A stretch of DNA of 248,000 nt from Hyalangium minutum. GTDB taxonomy: Bacteria > Myxococcota > Myxococcia > Myxococcales > Myxococcaceae. Under the pieces are notes generated by a model. It worked only from the letters and a program-made list of their open reading frames with translations. It did no database searches and was not told the origin of the DNA. Below are positions 29,483-43,843 of this stretch, in pieces. A program made the translations under genes and the position numbers. The stretch spans positions 268,001 through 516,000 of the forward strand of contig NZ_JMCB01000002.1 in assembly GCF_000737315.1 (NCBI RefSeq). Reading direction: 5' to 3'. How positions within the stretch are numbered: the stretch's first letter is position 1; each line of letters begins with the position of its first letter.

Positions 29483-31183
29483 TCAACTCACGGGTTCGCC
29501 AGAGGTGAGCGCGGCGCCTCGGGCCTCGCAGTCCTCCCACATGCGCAGGAAGGCCTCGGCCGAGGAGAAGAGCGGGTCCAGCTGCGCGTCCGTCATGCCC
29601 ACGTGGAGGAGATCCTTGAGGAAGTCCGGCAGCAGGCCGATGTGCGCGAGCCCATCCGTGTTGAAGTCGAAGGTGCGGGTGCCAGCGCGAGACTGTGTGA
29701 AGGGCACCTCCGTGCGGTACATGGTGCCCGAGTAGGGCAGGGGCGGGTGGTTGCGCTGGAGCTGCTGCTGCACGGGCCGCCGCTTGATGCGCTTCTTGTC
29801 GCCCTCGAGCCCGAAGGCGGCATGGGGGCCGTAGCGCGGGCCGGGCTGCTGGTTGAGGCCGTTGAAGTCGGTGCCCACGGCCACGCCGCCGGAGCCCACC
29901 TCGCGCAGCACGGAGAGGGCGTACTGGTAGGACTGGGCCCACGTCTTGGACGAGCGCGCGCAGTCATTGGCCACGGTGCTGCCGGGGAAGTCCTTGAGCT
30001 CGTGCTGGTTGGTGATGGGGGCCAGCAGTCCGCCGAGCGCGAGGATGCGGCGCACCTGCTCGCGCGTCTTCATGTATTCGTTGGCGCGCTTGTGCTTGAG
30101 GCTGGTCTCCTCGGAGTCCAGGGCCTGCTCGCGGAAGGCGCAGTGCGAGGCGACCACGGGGTAGCGGGACTGCTCGGCGAGCGAGAGCGCGTCATTGGTG
30201 CAGCGCTCGGACATGTGCTCCACGTCGAGGATGAAGCCGTGGTTCATGGCCGCGCGCAGGAAGGCCTTGCCGGTGGCGGAGAGTCCGAACTGGTTGACGT
30301 GGCCCTTGCCCGGCGCGTTGAGCGCGTAGCCCTGGGGGTAGTGAGCGCGCTGGGACACCTCATAGAAGATGATGGAGGCCTTGGTCTGCGTGTCCAGGTC
30401 TTGCCCCAGCCGGAAGCTGACGGTGGAGTTGCCCTCCACGCGGTGGAACTCGCCGCGCAGGAAGTGGTTCAGCAGGTTGAACTTGTCGTCGTAGACGGCG
30501 GCGCCGCCGAAGCTGTTGTTGGCCAGGTGCAGCGGGGTGATCATCCGGAAGCCCTGGTCGCGGAGCCACTGGAGGATGCGGGGCAGTTGGGCGGCGTCGA
30601 GGGGCTTCTTGTTGAGCGCTGCGCGGTCGCCGAGGATGCTGTCGAGCGAGTCCACCTCCACGCCCGCGACGACGGCGAGCTTGCCGGCCTGGATGAGCTG
30701 GCGGGCCTGGGAGGCGCTGAGGGCCAGTCCCATCCAGTCGGAGTGGAGTTCGGTGAAGCGGCGCAGCTCGCGCATCTGCTTCTCGATGGAGGTCTCGTCC
30801 TTCTCGGGGTGCTTCGTCTGGTCGGCGAGGAGCTCGTTGTTGACGGCCACGCTGCACAGCAGGCGCAGGCCTCCCTCATGGGCGCGCTTGAGCCAGTCCA
30901 CGAAGATCTGCTGGTGGACCATGGTGGTGAACTTGGGCCAGTCGGCGTACGAGTCATGACCGCAGGGGCCATGGCCGAGGCCGCCTTCGATGAAGGCCGT
31001 GATGAGCGACCCCTTCTTCCCGAACTGGCCGAGCCCTAAGGGCCCATGCAGGTGGATGTCACAGCGGGCGAGTGCCTGTTCAATCTTGCCGTCCGGGAAG
31101 CCGGCGAACAGGTGCCCACCGAAGCCGAGGTGCGCTGTGGTGTGGCAGTGCAGATCGGCGAATCCGAACACGGGAGAGGGCAT
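29483..31183 (-). CDS. Membrane dipeptidase (M19)-like amidohydrolase
   Basis: ADLHCH, LDVEHMS, VASH, GTDFNG. Confidence 0.8.
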   Translation of the reverse strand: MPSPVFGFADLHCHTTAHLGFGGHLFAGFPDGKIEQALARCDIHLHGPLGLGQFGKKGSLITAFIEGGLGHGPCGHDSYADWPKFTTMVHQQIFVDWLKRAHEGGLRLLCSVAVNNELLADQTKHPEKDETSIEKQMRELRRFTELHSDWMGLALSASQARQLIQAGKLAVVAGVEVDSLDSILGDRAALNKKPLDAAQLPRILQWLRDQGFRMITPLHLANNSFGGAAVYDDKFNLLNHFLRGEFHRVEGNSTVSFRLGQDLDTQTKASIIFYEVSQRAHYPQGYALNAPGKGHVNQFGLSATGKAFLRAAMNHGFILDVEHMSERCTNDALSLAEQSRYPVVASHCAFREQALDSEETSLKHKRANEYMKTREQVRRILALGGLLAPITNQHELKDFPGSTVANDCARSSKTWAQSYQYALSVLREVGSGGVAVGTDFNGLNQQPGPRYGPHAAFGLEGDKKRIKRRPVQQQLQRNHPPLPYSGTMYRTEVPFTQSRAGTRTFDFNTDGLAHIGLLPDFLKDLLHVGMTDAQLDPLFSSAEAFLRMWEDCEARGAALTSGEPVS

Positions 31184-31263
31184 GGGAAGCTCCTGGGCCG
31201 GCTGCGAGAGGCTCCAGCATGCCCGGACGGTCCCACCCACGCCAGCCGTACGTAAGGGCGTAG

Positions 31264-31827
31264 TCAGACCTCAACGAAGCGAGTGCCGGTGATGCCCGCA
31301 GCTTCGATGGCCTGCTTGAGATCTTCGGAGAGGATGAGGGCGATGTCCCATCCCCAAGTGCGGAAGATGCGGGCGTGGTCCACCTTGGACGCGTCGATGC
31401 GCAGGCCGTGGATGTAGCGGTACGTGCCGAGTTTTTCCGGCTGACCGTCCTCGGGCTTCCAGTATTGGACCTCTTCACTCCGAGCGTCATCGACGCATCG
31501 GATGATGCGCAGGGTGTTCAGGATGAAGTAGGGCTCTGGATGGTTATCCACCTCCGCACGGATGAACTGCACGTCCCGAACGCTCAGCCGTTGGAAGATC
31601 TGCACGAAGCGTTCATGAACCACAGGAACACTGAAGGCAGCCCAGCAAAACTCCAAGGGGTCTCCCGGTACGTCGAGAGGGAATCGGGGCACACAGCCCA
31701 GTTCCAGGGCGCGGCCATCAAAAAATTGCCACGGGTCGAGTTCTTGTCCCTGCGGATCCAGAGGAGTGCCAAGGTGCCAGCGCGTGTGTGAGCGCCTGTC
31801 GTCCAGAAGTTCGTAGTACCTGGGCAT
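31264..31827 (-). CDS. Imm11/DUF1629-like immunity protein
   Basis: YFILN..R.IRCVD..RSE pattern; downstream of AHH-type toxin. Confidence 0.75.
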   Translation of the reverse strand: MPRYYELLDDRRSHTRWHLGTPLDPQGQELDPWQFFDGRALELGCVPRFPLDVPGDPLEFCWAAFSVPVVHERFVQIFQRLSVRDVQFIRAEVDNHPEPYFILNTLRIIRCVDDARSEEVQYWKPEDGQPEKLGTYRYIHGLRIDASKVDHARIFRTWGWDIALILSEDLKQAIEAAGITGTRFVEV

Positions 31828-31842
31828 GTTTGCGCTCTTTCG

Positions 31843-33144
31843 TCACTCGAAAGGTTTCGTCGCAAGCTGATGAAGCCGTGAGCCTGGGGTACACACATCC
31901 CGAGCGAGACCCTCGAGAGCTGTCACCAGCTTGCTTCTACACTCCGAAACGGAGCTGCAACGTGCGATCGCGTTGAGCAGCGTGCGGTAAACGGCTTCGT
32001 GATACGCGGCGGGATGGGGACCCTGATGGCCTGCGAGGTAAACGAGGTTTGCCGGGTCGTTGAGGTCCATGCCTGCTCTGGCAAAGATCCGCTGAAACAG
32101 TGGCGTCCATGGGCCGCCCCTCGTGGCTGAAGCTTCGTTCTTGTCCGTGGCCAGGTGGTGCCACTGGTGGCCGTCCTTCTTCTGAGAGCCATCGCTGCAG
32201 GCTCTGCCCACGCCGGATGCAGCCGTCCCCAAGGCCGCTCCAGCGATGGCCAGGGTGCCGTCTGCCACCACATGGGCCGTGGATGCAGATTGGACGACGC
32301 CTCCTCCCGCCATGGCAAAGCGAGGAGGATTTAGCAGTGGGCCCAGACCGCCAGGGGGCACATTGGGCAAAGCCTTGGCCACCCCGTAACTGGCGACCAT
32401 CACCAGCACGCGAAGCGCAGTACCTCCGAGGGCACGGCCGAAGCGCTCGGCGATGGCTTCAAGCTCCTTCAGGGTCTTGGCTGCCTGGGCCTCCCGGTAC
32501 AGTTGCAAGCACGCCAATGCGACGTTGCGAAGCTCGAGCAACCCCACCGCAAGCGCCAGCCGAGCCGTCAACGTCGCGGCGAAAGCCTTGGAGAAGAGGG
32601 GCTCGGGCAACATCCAGGCGGAGAAGTAAACGATGATGGAGAGAGTGACGCTCGCGAGGAAGAGGGGAGAGCGGAACATCTCGCGAGCGGCGTCACGGAA
32701 GCCCGGAGCCATGTAGCGAGGAGACAGCCGGAGGGCCATGAAGAGAGGGCTGCGCTCGATAGAGTCCGGTATGGGCAACAGCCCTGGGCCGTAACGGGCG
32801 AGGAATTCCGCACGCAAGCGCAATTCCCAAGGAGCGGTCCTACCTCCCGGTGATGCCAGGACGGGGATGACCTCGAACGGCGGTGCTTCCGGGAAGGACG
32901 CATTGAAGGCAGTGAGAAGAGCGCGTGCATCCTCCCCCTGAAGAATTGCGTGCGCTGGATCGAGCAGCACAGGCTCGAAGTCCAACTGGAACTGATCATC
33001 CGCTAAGCGAATGAGCTGGAGAACAGTGGGCCGTGCCTGACGATCCTCGCCCGGTGACCTGTCAGCCTGGGCTGTTGCACAAGAAGTGGTGGCTGCGAGG
33101 CACAAGACCCACAATGGGCGCAGCAGGCAGGAGAGCTGCTTCAT
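31843..33144 (-). CDS. AHH-type nuclease toxin lipoprotein (Sit family-like)
   Basis: Lipobox-like TTSC; C-terminal QWHHLAT...DPANLV...GHQGPHP..YH. Confidence 0.8.
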   Translation of the reverse strand: MKQLSCLLRPLWVLCLAATTSCATAQADRSPGEDRQARPTVLQLIRLADDQFQLDFEPVLLDPAHAILQGEDARALLTAFNASFPEAPPFEVIPVLASPGGRTAPWELRLRAEFLARYGPGLLPIPDSIERSPLFMALRLSPRYMAPGFRDAAREMFRSPLFLASVTLSIIVYFSAWMLPEPLFSKAFAATLTARLALAVGLLELRNVALACLQLYREAQAAKTLKELEAIAERFGRALGGTALRVLVMVASYGVAKALPNVPPGGLGPLLNPPRFAMAGGGVVQSASTAHVVADGTLAIAGAALGTAASGVGRACSDGSQKKDGHQWHHLATDKNEASATRGGPWTPLFQRIFARAGMDLNDPANLVYLAGHQGPHPAAYHEAVYRTLLNAIARCSSVSECRSKLVTALEGLARDVCTPGSRLHQLATKPFE

Positions 33145-33196
33145 ATCCAGGCATCATGCCCGACTTCTCAGTTATGCCAGATGGGCAGGCCTCTTC

Positions 33197-34810
33197 TCAC
33201 CCCGAGCGCACCAGCACTTGTCCCGACGCGCTGGGTGAGGAGTGCGGACCCGACAGCGAGCCAGAGTGGTGCTGCTGCACGTGGGCCATGGCCACCTGGG
33301 TTGCCCGCGCCAGCGTCAGCTGCCCCTGCGGGTAGGGTGCCGCCTCGCCCGTCAGTGCCAGCAGCTGGTGCCGCACCTCCTCCCCCGTGGGTGTGCGCTT
33401 GTTCATGTCCCGATCCAGCAGCCCCATCACCACCGCGTCCAGCTCCGGCGGCACGTCGGGGCGCACGTGCGAGGGGGGCAGCAGCTCCTGGGACACCGCC
33501 GCCATCATCAGCCCGGCCTCGTCCTGCCCCAGCAGCAGCCGCTGGCCCGTGAGCGCCTCGTGCAGCGTGAGGCCCAGCGCGAACAGGTCCGTCCGTCCGT
33601 CGATCGGCTTGCCGTACGCCTGCTCCGGCGACATGTACCCCAGCTTGCCGCGAATGTTCCCCGCCACCGTCAGCTGCGCCCGCGCCGTATCCCGAGCGAT
33701 GCCGAAGTCCGACAGCTTCACCTCGCCGCCCCGAGAGATCAGCACGTTCGGCGGGTTCACATCCCGGTGGATCAAGTGCAGCGGCTCGCCGTACTTCCCC
33801 GTGCGCCGGTGCAGGTAGTCCAGCGCCGCCGCCAGCTCCGCTCCCAGGAATGTCACCGCGCTCACCGGCAGCCCCTGCCAGTTCAACCCTCGCAGCACCG
33901 TGCTCAGCGGCAGCCCATCCACGAACTCCATCGCCAGGAAGTACGTGTTCCCGTGCCGCCCCAAGTCGAACACCTGCACGATGTTCGGGTGGTGCAGCGT
34001 CGAGCACAGCTCCGCCTCCCGCCGGAACAACGACACGAACTCCGCGTCATCCGCGTACGACGGCAGAATGCGCTTCAGCGCCACCTGCTTCTCGAAGCCA
34101 CCCTCCGGGCTGTACGTCGCCCGGTACACCTCCGCCATACCGCCCGAGCCAATCCGCTCGTGCAGCATGTACTTGCCCATCACCTCTTGCTCCCGCAGCG
34201 CCGCGAGCGCCTGCTCCGTCTTCCGCATGAAGTGCCGCGCCAGGATCGCCGTCGCCACTCCTGAGCTCAGCAGGAACACCGAGCGCATCATGATGAACGG
34301 CGGCTTCAGCGTGAGCAGCGGCTCCTCCGGCAGCAGCGGCATCACGAAGAAGAAATACAGCACCAGGTACTCGACGGCCGCCAGCGCCCCCGCCACCAAC
34401 GCCAGCAACGGCTGGGTTCTCAGCGCTGCCAGCACCACCAGCGTGCCCCAGATGACCAGTGTGGGCGCCGTGAGCGCGTACGCCGCGCCCTGGAACCGCA
34501 AGTCGAACGCCAGCACCACCGACGGGATGCTCACCTCGATGGCCACGTTCAGCCAGTGGATCGCCGGGTGGAACCAGCCGGCCCGAAGCGCCCGCCAGAT
34601 GATGGTGTAGTAGACGCACAGCACGCCCACCAGCGACAGCAGCGCCTTCGTCAGCCCCCAGCCCATGTACGGGCCCAGCGCTCCCACCGCCACCAGGCAC
34701 CCCGCCGCCAACCCCGCCATGTAGCCCGCGACGGACGTCTCTCGCGCCTGGGCATCCCGGCGCATGTGGTTCTCGAGGAAGCGGGAGACTGCGGACGCGG
34801 GCGTGGTCAT
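33197..34810 (-). CDS. Ser/Thr kinase with N-terminal multi-TM domain
   Basis: GSGGMA, VALK, HRDVNPPN, DFG, YMSPE. Confidence 0.92.
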   Translation of the reverse strand: MTTPASAVSRFLENHMRRDAQARETSVAGYMAGLAAGCLVAVGALGPYMGWGLTKALLSLVGVLCVYYTIIWRALRAGWFHPAIHWLNVAIEVSIPSVVLAFDLRFQGAAYALTAPTLVIWGTLVVLAALRTQPLLALVAGALAAVEYLVLYFFFVMPLLPEEPLLTLKPPFIMMRSVFLLSSGVATAILARHFMRKTEQALAALREQEVMGKYMLHERIGSGGMAEVYRATYSPEGGFEKQVALKRILPSYADDAEFVSLFRREAELCSTLHHPNIVQVFDLGRHGNTYFLAMEFVDGLPLSTVLRGLNWQGLPVSAVTFLGAELAAALDYLHRRTGKYGEPLHLIHRDVNPPNVLISRGGEVKLSDFGIARDTARAQLTVAGNIRGKLGYMSPEQAYGKPIDGRTDLFALGLTLHEALTGQRLLLGQDEAGLMMAAVSQELLPPSHVRPDVPPELDAVVMGLLDRDMNKRTPTGEEVRHQLLALTGEAAPYPQGQLTLARATQVAMAHVQQHHSGSLSGPHSSPSASGQVLVRSG

Positions 34811-34859
34811 GATCGGACCAAACCATAGTGCGAACAGGGGTTTGGCGGGAGGGGGGCGC

Positions 34860-35498
34860 CTACTCCTTGGGCGGGTTGAAGCCATTGACCAGGAGCGTGT
34901 CCAGGGCGGCCACGACGGGATCGTACGTCACCGTGGCGCGGAACAGGTTCTGGTAGGTGAGCAGGCCGATGTAGCTGCCCATCATGGCGTGAGCGGTCTG
35001 GATTGGCTCCAGGTCCGTGCGGAACTCCTGCTTCTTCTGCCCGTAGCGGATGATGCCGGCCAGCACGTGGACGTAGATGTTCAGCTTCTCGCGCAGGGCC
35101 TCGGCCACGCGCTCGTTGGACTCGGCGGACTCGGCGGCCACCATGCCAAAGAAGATGCCGTGCTCGCGGTGGTAGCGCAGGAACTGCGAGGTGCGGTTCA
35201 TGAAGCGGATGATCTGCTCGCGCGCGGGCAGGGAGCGCTGCTCGGCGAGCAGGTCCACGAACTCCTTGAGGTAGCGCTCATGCAGCTCGTCGATGGCCGC
35301 CAGGAGCAGATCTTCCTTGGTGGGGAAGTGCCAGTAGAGGGCGCCGGGTGTCATGCGGATGGCCTTGGCCAGCTCCGCCATCGTTGTTGCCAGGAAGCCC
35401 CGCCGCGCGAAGAGGGTGATGGCTGCTTCGAGAATCTCCACCCGGGTGCGTGCTGCGCGCTCTTGCTTGATCTCCCGCTTCGCAGGTTCCTTGCCCAT
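34860..35498 (-). CDS. TetR family regulator
   Basis: N-terminal HTH, GALYWHFPTKEDL. Confidence 0.9.
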   Translation of the reverse strand: MGKEPAKREIKQERAARTRVEILEAAITLFARRGFLATTMAELAKAIRMTPGALYWHFPTKEDLLLAAIDELHERYLKEFVDLLAEQRSLPAREQIIRFMNRTSQFLRYHREHGIFFGMVAAESAESNERVAEALREKLNIYVHVLAGIIRYGQKKQEFRTDLEPIQTAHAMMGSYIGLLTYQNLFRATVTYDPVVAALDTLLVNGFNPPKE

Positions 35499-35519
35499 GG
35501 TCAGGGCATCCTACATACG

Positions 35520-36791
35520 TCACGAGAGCAGCGTCACGTGGACAATCTCGGGAGGCGCCGCCACGCGCACGGGGGGACCCCAGAAACCGGTTCCCCGGCT
35601 GACATAGAGGTGGCGCCCATTCTCCTGGAAATGGCCCGCGTCGAACTCCCAGATGGCGGAAATGGCCAGGTTGAAGGGGAAGAACTGCCCCCCATGCGTG
35701 TGTCCGGAGAGCTGAAGGCCGATGCCCGCCTTCGCGGCCTCGCGCCAGTTGGCGGGCTGGTGCGCCAGGAGCACCGAGGGACGCTCTGGGTCTCTCCCCG
35801 CCACGGCCTGAGCCAAATCGTAGCGCTTGTCATAGCCCGAGCGGGCCGCGCCCCAGTCATCCACGCCGACCAGATCAAAGGAGGCACTCGGCTCGCCGAT
35901 GCGCACGTAACGGTTGCGCAACACGCCGATGCCCATGCGCTCCAGCGCGTCGGTCCACTCTTCGTCGCCGGAGTAGTACTCGTGGTTGCCGGTGACGAAG
36001 AAGGTGCCGTGGCGGCTGCGCAGGTTGGCGAGGGCCGCCACCGAGTGGCCCAGCTCGGACACGCTGCCGTCCACCAAGTCTCCAGTGATGACCATCAGGT
36101 CCGGCTTGAGCGCGTTGCACTGCGCGACGACAGCGTCCATGAAGCGGCGCTGGATGACGGGGCCCACGTGGACGTCGCTGAGCTGCACCAACGTGAAGCC
36201 ATCGAGCGCCTTGGGCAGCCCCGGCAGCCGGACCGCGATGCGGTTGACGGCCGGCTGGTGGAAGGCACGCCAGGTGCCGTATCCCACGACGCCGGAGGTA
36301 GCGAGCAGGGCGCCTCCCGCAGTGGCCCGGGCGAGGAACTGGCGCCGCTCCGGAGACACGAGGGTGTGCGCGGGGGCCTCGGCGGGAGCAGGGGAGGGAG
36401 TCGTGGCGGTGGCGGCAGGGGCGGCTGTCGACGAGCGCCAGCGCTGGATCCACGCGTGCACCACCCGCACGCCGCCGAGCACCCAGAAGGCCAGCATCAG
36501 GTAGACGGCGGTGCCCATCCAGGCCCAGCCCACGGTGGCCAGGGCGCTCGCGAGGTCCTCGGGGAGCACGAACGTGAGCATCCGCGAGCCCAGCATGAGC
36601 AAGCACATCGCCGCCATGGCCACCACGCCCGCCTTGCGCCAGCCCGGGTGCCCGGACGTGTCTCGGAAGATGCGCCGGTACAGGTAGACGTGGGCCCCCA
36701 CCGAGAGGGTGCCCATGATGCTGAAGAAGAGGAGGTAACGCAGGATGGCGGCGGCGGGCATGGGCCCAATACTTACCGCGACTTCGCACAC
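35520..36791 (-). CDS. Membrane-anchored metallophosphoesterase (YkuE-like)
   Basis: SDVH, TGDLVD, GNHE, GHTHGGQ. Confidence 0.9.
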   Translation of the reverse strand: MCEVAVSIGPMPAAAILRYLLFFSIMGTLSVGAHVYLYRRIFRDTSGHPGWRKAGVVAMAAMCLLMLGSRMLTFVLPEDLASALATVGWAWMGTAVYLMLAFWVLGGVRVVHAWIQRWRSSTAAPAATATTPSPAPAEAPAHTLVSPERRQFLARATAGGALLATSGVVGYGTWRAFHQPAVNRIAVRLPGLPKALDGFTLVQLSDVHVGPVIQRRFMDAVVAQCNALKPDLMVITGDLVDGSVSELGHSVAALANLRSRHGTFFVTGNHEYYSGDEEWTDALERMGIGVLRNRYVRIGEPSASFDLVGVDDWGAARSGYDKRYDLAQAVAGRDPERPSVLLAHQPANWREAAKAGIGLQLSGHTHGGQFFPFNLAISAIWEFDAGHFQENGRHLYVSRGTGFWGPPVRVAAPPEIVHVTLLS

Positions 36792-36839
36792 CGCAACCGG
36801 AACTGCATGTGAAGAAGCGTAAAGCGGCGGCGAACCCGC

Positions 36840-40439
<3,600 letters not shown>

Positions 40440-41124
40440 GCGCCGGCCAGACGATGGACGGGGGAGCGGCGCTTGGGAAGAGGGATGGCAAGCGGGGGGC
40501 ATGCGGTGACCTTGCGGGGGGCACCGTAGCGGGGGACGCACTTCGGAGAAAGGTGGGGGCCTCGTCTGGGCTCCAAGAACTTGGAGTCCCCAGTGAAGTC
40601 CGGATGACTCGCTGCTCAGTGGTCAACGCGGGGGGACGCCATCTCCCAGGCCTTCGCCGGACAGCCCCTCCAGGGGAGGTGCCGAACGTGGGGCAAGCGG
40701 CTCCAAGGGAGCAGCACCCACCGGCGCCGCCACCAACACCCCCCGCATCCCCGCTCTCGGCGCCTCCACTGCCTCCTTGTGCGCCCCGGCTGCACTGTCA
40801 CGGTGCGGAACATAGACACAGCGCTGAGGCTGCTCCGGGGCGTCTCGGACGCTCGGAGCCGTGCCGCTACACCCCACCAGCACCATGCACAGCAGCACCA
40901 CCCACCCACGCGACACGCAGCACCTCCGGGTTGGCTCCTGCCGGAAAGAGCTTGAGGTTACAGCCAGCCCGTCGACGCAAGCGGCCAGCCCAAGGAATGA
41001 GCCGCTGGCTCCGCCCCTCGTACCAGAACCCACCGCTTCGGGCACTCCGAACAGTCGCCCGGCGTATTCCAGGGGACGCTCCACCGCCGCCTGATCAGCT
41101 CGCGCACCCAGGCCCGTCCCCACG

Positions 41125-41553
41125 TCAGACGAGCGGTGCACTGATCCGCTTGCGGTGTTCGTCGACGGTCACCATGTGCGTCTCAGCCCACTCTCGCAGG
41201 GCATCCAGGGGCGCGATGAGCGTGCGGCCCAGCTCGGTGAGCGAGTAGTGCACCGCTGGGGGGATGGTCGGCTCGACACGTCGTGCAACGAGACCGTCGT
41301 ACTCGAGCTCGCGCAGCGTCTGGGCCAGCATCTTGCGAGAGATGCCAGGTGCGCGGCGCTGCAGCTCGGCGAAGCGCACCTCGCCTCCCGCGTTCGCGAG
41401 CGCGCGGACGAGCATCGACGTCCATTTGTCGCCGATGCGGTCTAGCAGGCGCCGTGTCGGGCATGAGGGGCTGAACAGGTTGCCGCGACGGGCGGGGGCG
41501 TTACCTGGAGGTGCCGTCTTGTGGCGGGGGAGGCGGTTTCTTACGGTGACCAT
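41125..41553 (-). CDS. HxlR family regulator
   Basis: CP...LDRIGDKW, MLAQTLRELE, YSLT. Confidence 0.9.
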   Translation of the reverse strand: MVTVRNRLPRHKTAPPGNAPARRGNLFSPSCPTRRLLDRIGDKWTSMLVRALANAGGEVRFAELQRRAPGISRKMLAQTLRELEYDGLVARRVEPTIPPAVHYSLTELGRTLIAPLDALREWAETHMVTVDEHRKRISAPLV

Positions 41554-41570
41554 GCACCCGATGGTAACCC

Positions 41571-42446
41571 ATGGGAGAGTTCATGAGCGTCTCCGAGCCC
41601 CTGCTCGACATCCGCCGCGTCTCCGCCAACGGCATCTCCGTCAATGTCGCCACTGCCGGCGACGGCCCGGCCGTGGTGCTGCTGCATGGGTGGCCCCATA
41701 CGTGGGAGGTGTGGCGTCCGGTACTGCCAACCCTGGCCTCCACACACCGTGTGATTGCTCCGGACCTGCGCGGCCTGGGTGCCAGTGACAAGCCCGACGA
41801 TGGCTATCATCTGCACACCCTGGCTGACGATGCCGTCGCGCTGCTGGATGTACTCGGAATCGAACGCGCGGCAGTCGTCGGCATTGACCTGGGCGCACCG
41901 GTTGCGTTCATGACCGCAGCCCGCCACCGTGACCGCGTGGAGCGCCTGGTGGTGATGGAGTCGCTGCTGGGCCGCCTGCCCGGCGCCGAGCGCTTCCTCG
42001 CCAATGGACCGCCGTGGTGGTTTGGCTTCCACGCCGTCCCCGGCCTGCCCGAGACCGTCCTGGCTGGGAACGTGGGCGCATACATCGACTGGTTCCTGCG
42101 GGTCGGGACCTACGGCCTCTCCGGTGTGCCGAAGCCGCTGCGCGACGCGTTCGTTGCCGCCTACGAGGACCCACGCACGTTGCACTGCGGCTTCCAGCAC
42201 TACCGTGCGATGCCCATCAACGCGGCGCTCATCGCCGAGGCGGTGGCCGAGGGCCCGCTCCGGATGCCCGTCCTCGCGCTGGGCGGCAACGTCGTCGGGG
42301 ACGCTCTGCACCGCCAGCTCGTCCCGGTCGCACCCGACCTGCGCGGCGCCATCCTGGAGCGCTGCGGCCACATCATCCCCGCCGACGCGCCTGACGCGCT
42401 GCTGGCCGAACTCGGGCCATTCCTGGCGGAGAGCCCTGCCGTCTGA
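41571..42446 (+). CDS. Alpha/beta hydrolase (epoxide hydrolase-like)
   Basis: LLHGWP, PDLRGLG, GIDLG, GH. Confidence 0.88.
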   Translation: MGEFMSVSEPLLDIRRVSANGISVNVATAGDGPAVVLLHGWPHTWEVWRPVLPTLASTHRVIAPDLRGLGASDKPDDGYHLHTLADDAVALLDVLGIERAAVVGIDLGAPVAFMTAARHRDRVERLVVMESLLGRLPGAERFLANGPPWWFGFHAVPGLPETVLAGNVGAYIDWFLRVGTYGLSGVPKPLRDAFVAAYEDPRTLHCGFQHYRAMPINAALIAEAVAEGPLRMPVLALGGNVVGDALHRQLVPVAPDLRGAILERCGHIIPADAPDALLAELGPFLAESPAV

Positions 42447-42551
42447 GCGCTTCGGGGCGTGCAGCCGTACGAAGCTCCCCTCGGCCAGATACGGCGCCGC
42501 GATCCTCTCGCGCGCCAGCGCCGCGCTGATTCCAAAGGAGGTCGCGTTCAA
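42444..42551 (-). pseudogene. Possible LysR substrate-binding C-terminal remnant
   Basis: Reads GISAALARERIAAPYLAEGSFVRL, like a LysR C-terminus, without an upstream domain. Confidence 0.4.
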
Positions 42552-42670
42552 GGCAGACGGGGTGTCGGCAGTGGAGGCTGTCCTTTCCTCACCGGGTGCG
42601 GTGGGTGCTGTTGAAGGATGCCGGGCTCCTCTCCGGCGTTCTCACGGTGGTCCTACGCGCGCGGTACATG

Positions 42671-43843
42671 TCACGTGGGGTGCACGCAGGCACGCCTCAA
42701 GGCGCCGATGAGCGGGCGGAAGCGGCGCAGGAAGTCTCCCGGGCCCGCGTTCCCGTTCGTGACGATGCCCACCGCCAGTCCCGTCGAGTGGTCGCCGAAG
42801 CCCAGCGTGCAGAAGGCGCCGGCGTGGCCGAAGCAAGGGCTCGTGCCCCACGCCCCGTAGAAGGTGGGCCAGGGCGCGCCCACCAGGAACCCACGGCCCG
42901 CGGTGATCGGGAGCCGGTTGCTGCGATCCAGGCCGAAGACGGCTCGAGAGGTATAGGCGCGCACGGTGCTCTCGGCCCACAGCCGCTCTCCGCTCCGGGT
43001 GACGCCTCCCCGGACGAGCACCTCATAGAGCCCGGCGAGGTGGGCCGCATTCGTCCAGAGGCTCGCGCCGGGGACGAGCGCCGTCAGGACCTGCGGGGAG
43101 TTATAGGCCTGCTCGAGCTGGACGCTGACGTCCACCTGCCCCACGTGCATGGGGCGGGAGCCCACCCAGTAGCTGTGGGCCACCTGTGACGCCTCCGCGG
43201 CGCTCCCCTGGAAGCTCAGGCCCTTCAGGCCCGCGGGGGCGAGCAGCTCTCGCTCGCAGAAGGCCGGCAGGGGCTGCCCCGTCACGCGCCGGACGACCTC
43301 GGCGAGGATCCACCCGAACTCGTGGGGGTGATAGGCCAGCGTCCCCCGGCGGTAGCGCGGCACGGCCCGCACCAGGGCGTCCACCACCGCCTCCCAGTCT
43401 CCCCACCGCTCCCAGGAGTGGATGAAGTCGGGCAGGAGTACTCCGCCCCGGTGCGTCAGGACATCCAGCAGCGTGATGGCGCCCTTGCCGTGGGCCGCGA
43501 ACTCCGGGAAGTACCGCGCCACCGGTGCCGCGAGCTCCACCTGTCCCGCCTCCTCCAGCCGCGCGATGGCAAGCGCCACCAGCGGCTTGCTCGCCGAGAA
43601 GACATTGAAGCGCGTCTGGAGCGTCACGGAGACTGGGGGCTCCACCTGCCGGAACCCCCGGGCCAGCCCCACCGCGAGCTGGGCGACGCAGTGGCCTCCC
43701 CGGCGCACGACGAGCTGTCCTCCGGGAAAGACGCCCCGGGCCTGTTGCGAGCGGAAGAGCGCCAGCGCCCGCTCCAGCCGCTCTGCCTCCATGCCCACCG
43801 AGGAGGCAGCCACCAGCGGGTCGTGCGGGAAGACGGTGCTCAT
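42671..43843 (-). CDS. Serine hydrolase (EstA/beta-lactamase family)
   Basis: FSASK (SxxK), YH, GHAG. Confidence 0.88.
   Translation of the reverse strand: MSTVFPHDPLVAASSVGMEAERLERALALFRSQQARGVFPGGQLVVRRGGHCVAQLAVGLARGFRQVEPPVSVTLQTRFNVFSASKPLVALAIARLEEAGQVELAAPVARYFPEFAAHGKGAITLLDVLTHRGGVLLPDFIHSWERWGDWEAVVDALVRAVPRYRRGTLAYHPHEFGWILAEVVRRVTGQPLPAFCERELLAPAGLKGLSFQGSAAEASQVAHSYWVGSRPMHVGQVDVSVQLEQAYNSPQVLTALVPGASLWTNAAHLAGLYEVLVRGGVTRSGERLWAESTVRAYTSRAVFGLDRSNRLPITAGRGFLVGAPWPTFYGAWGTSPCFGHAGAFCTLGFGDHSTGLAVGIVTNGNAGPGDFLRRFRPLIGALRRACVHPT

Noticed and set aside
40623-41141. Possible decayed toxin lipoprotein (VVLLCMVLVGC lipobox-like segment)
   Set aside because: No credible start or downstream domain; cannot be distinguished from chance.
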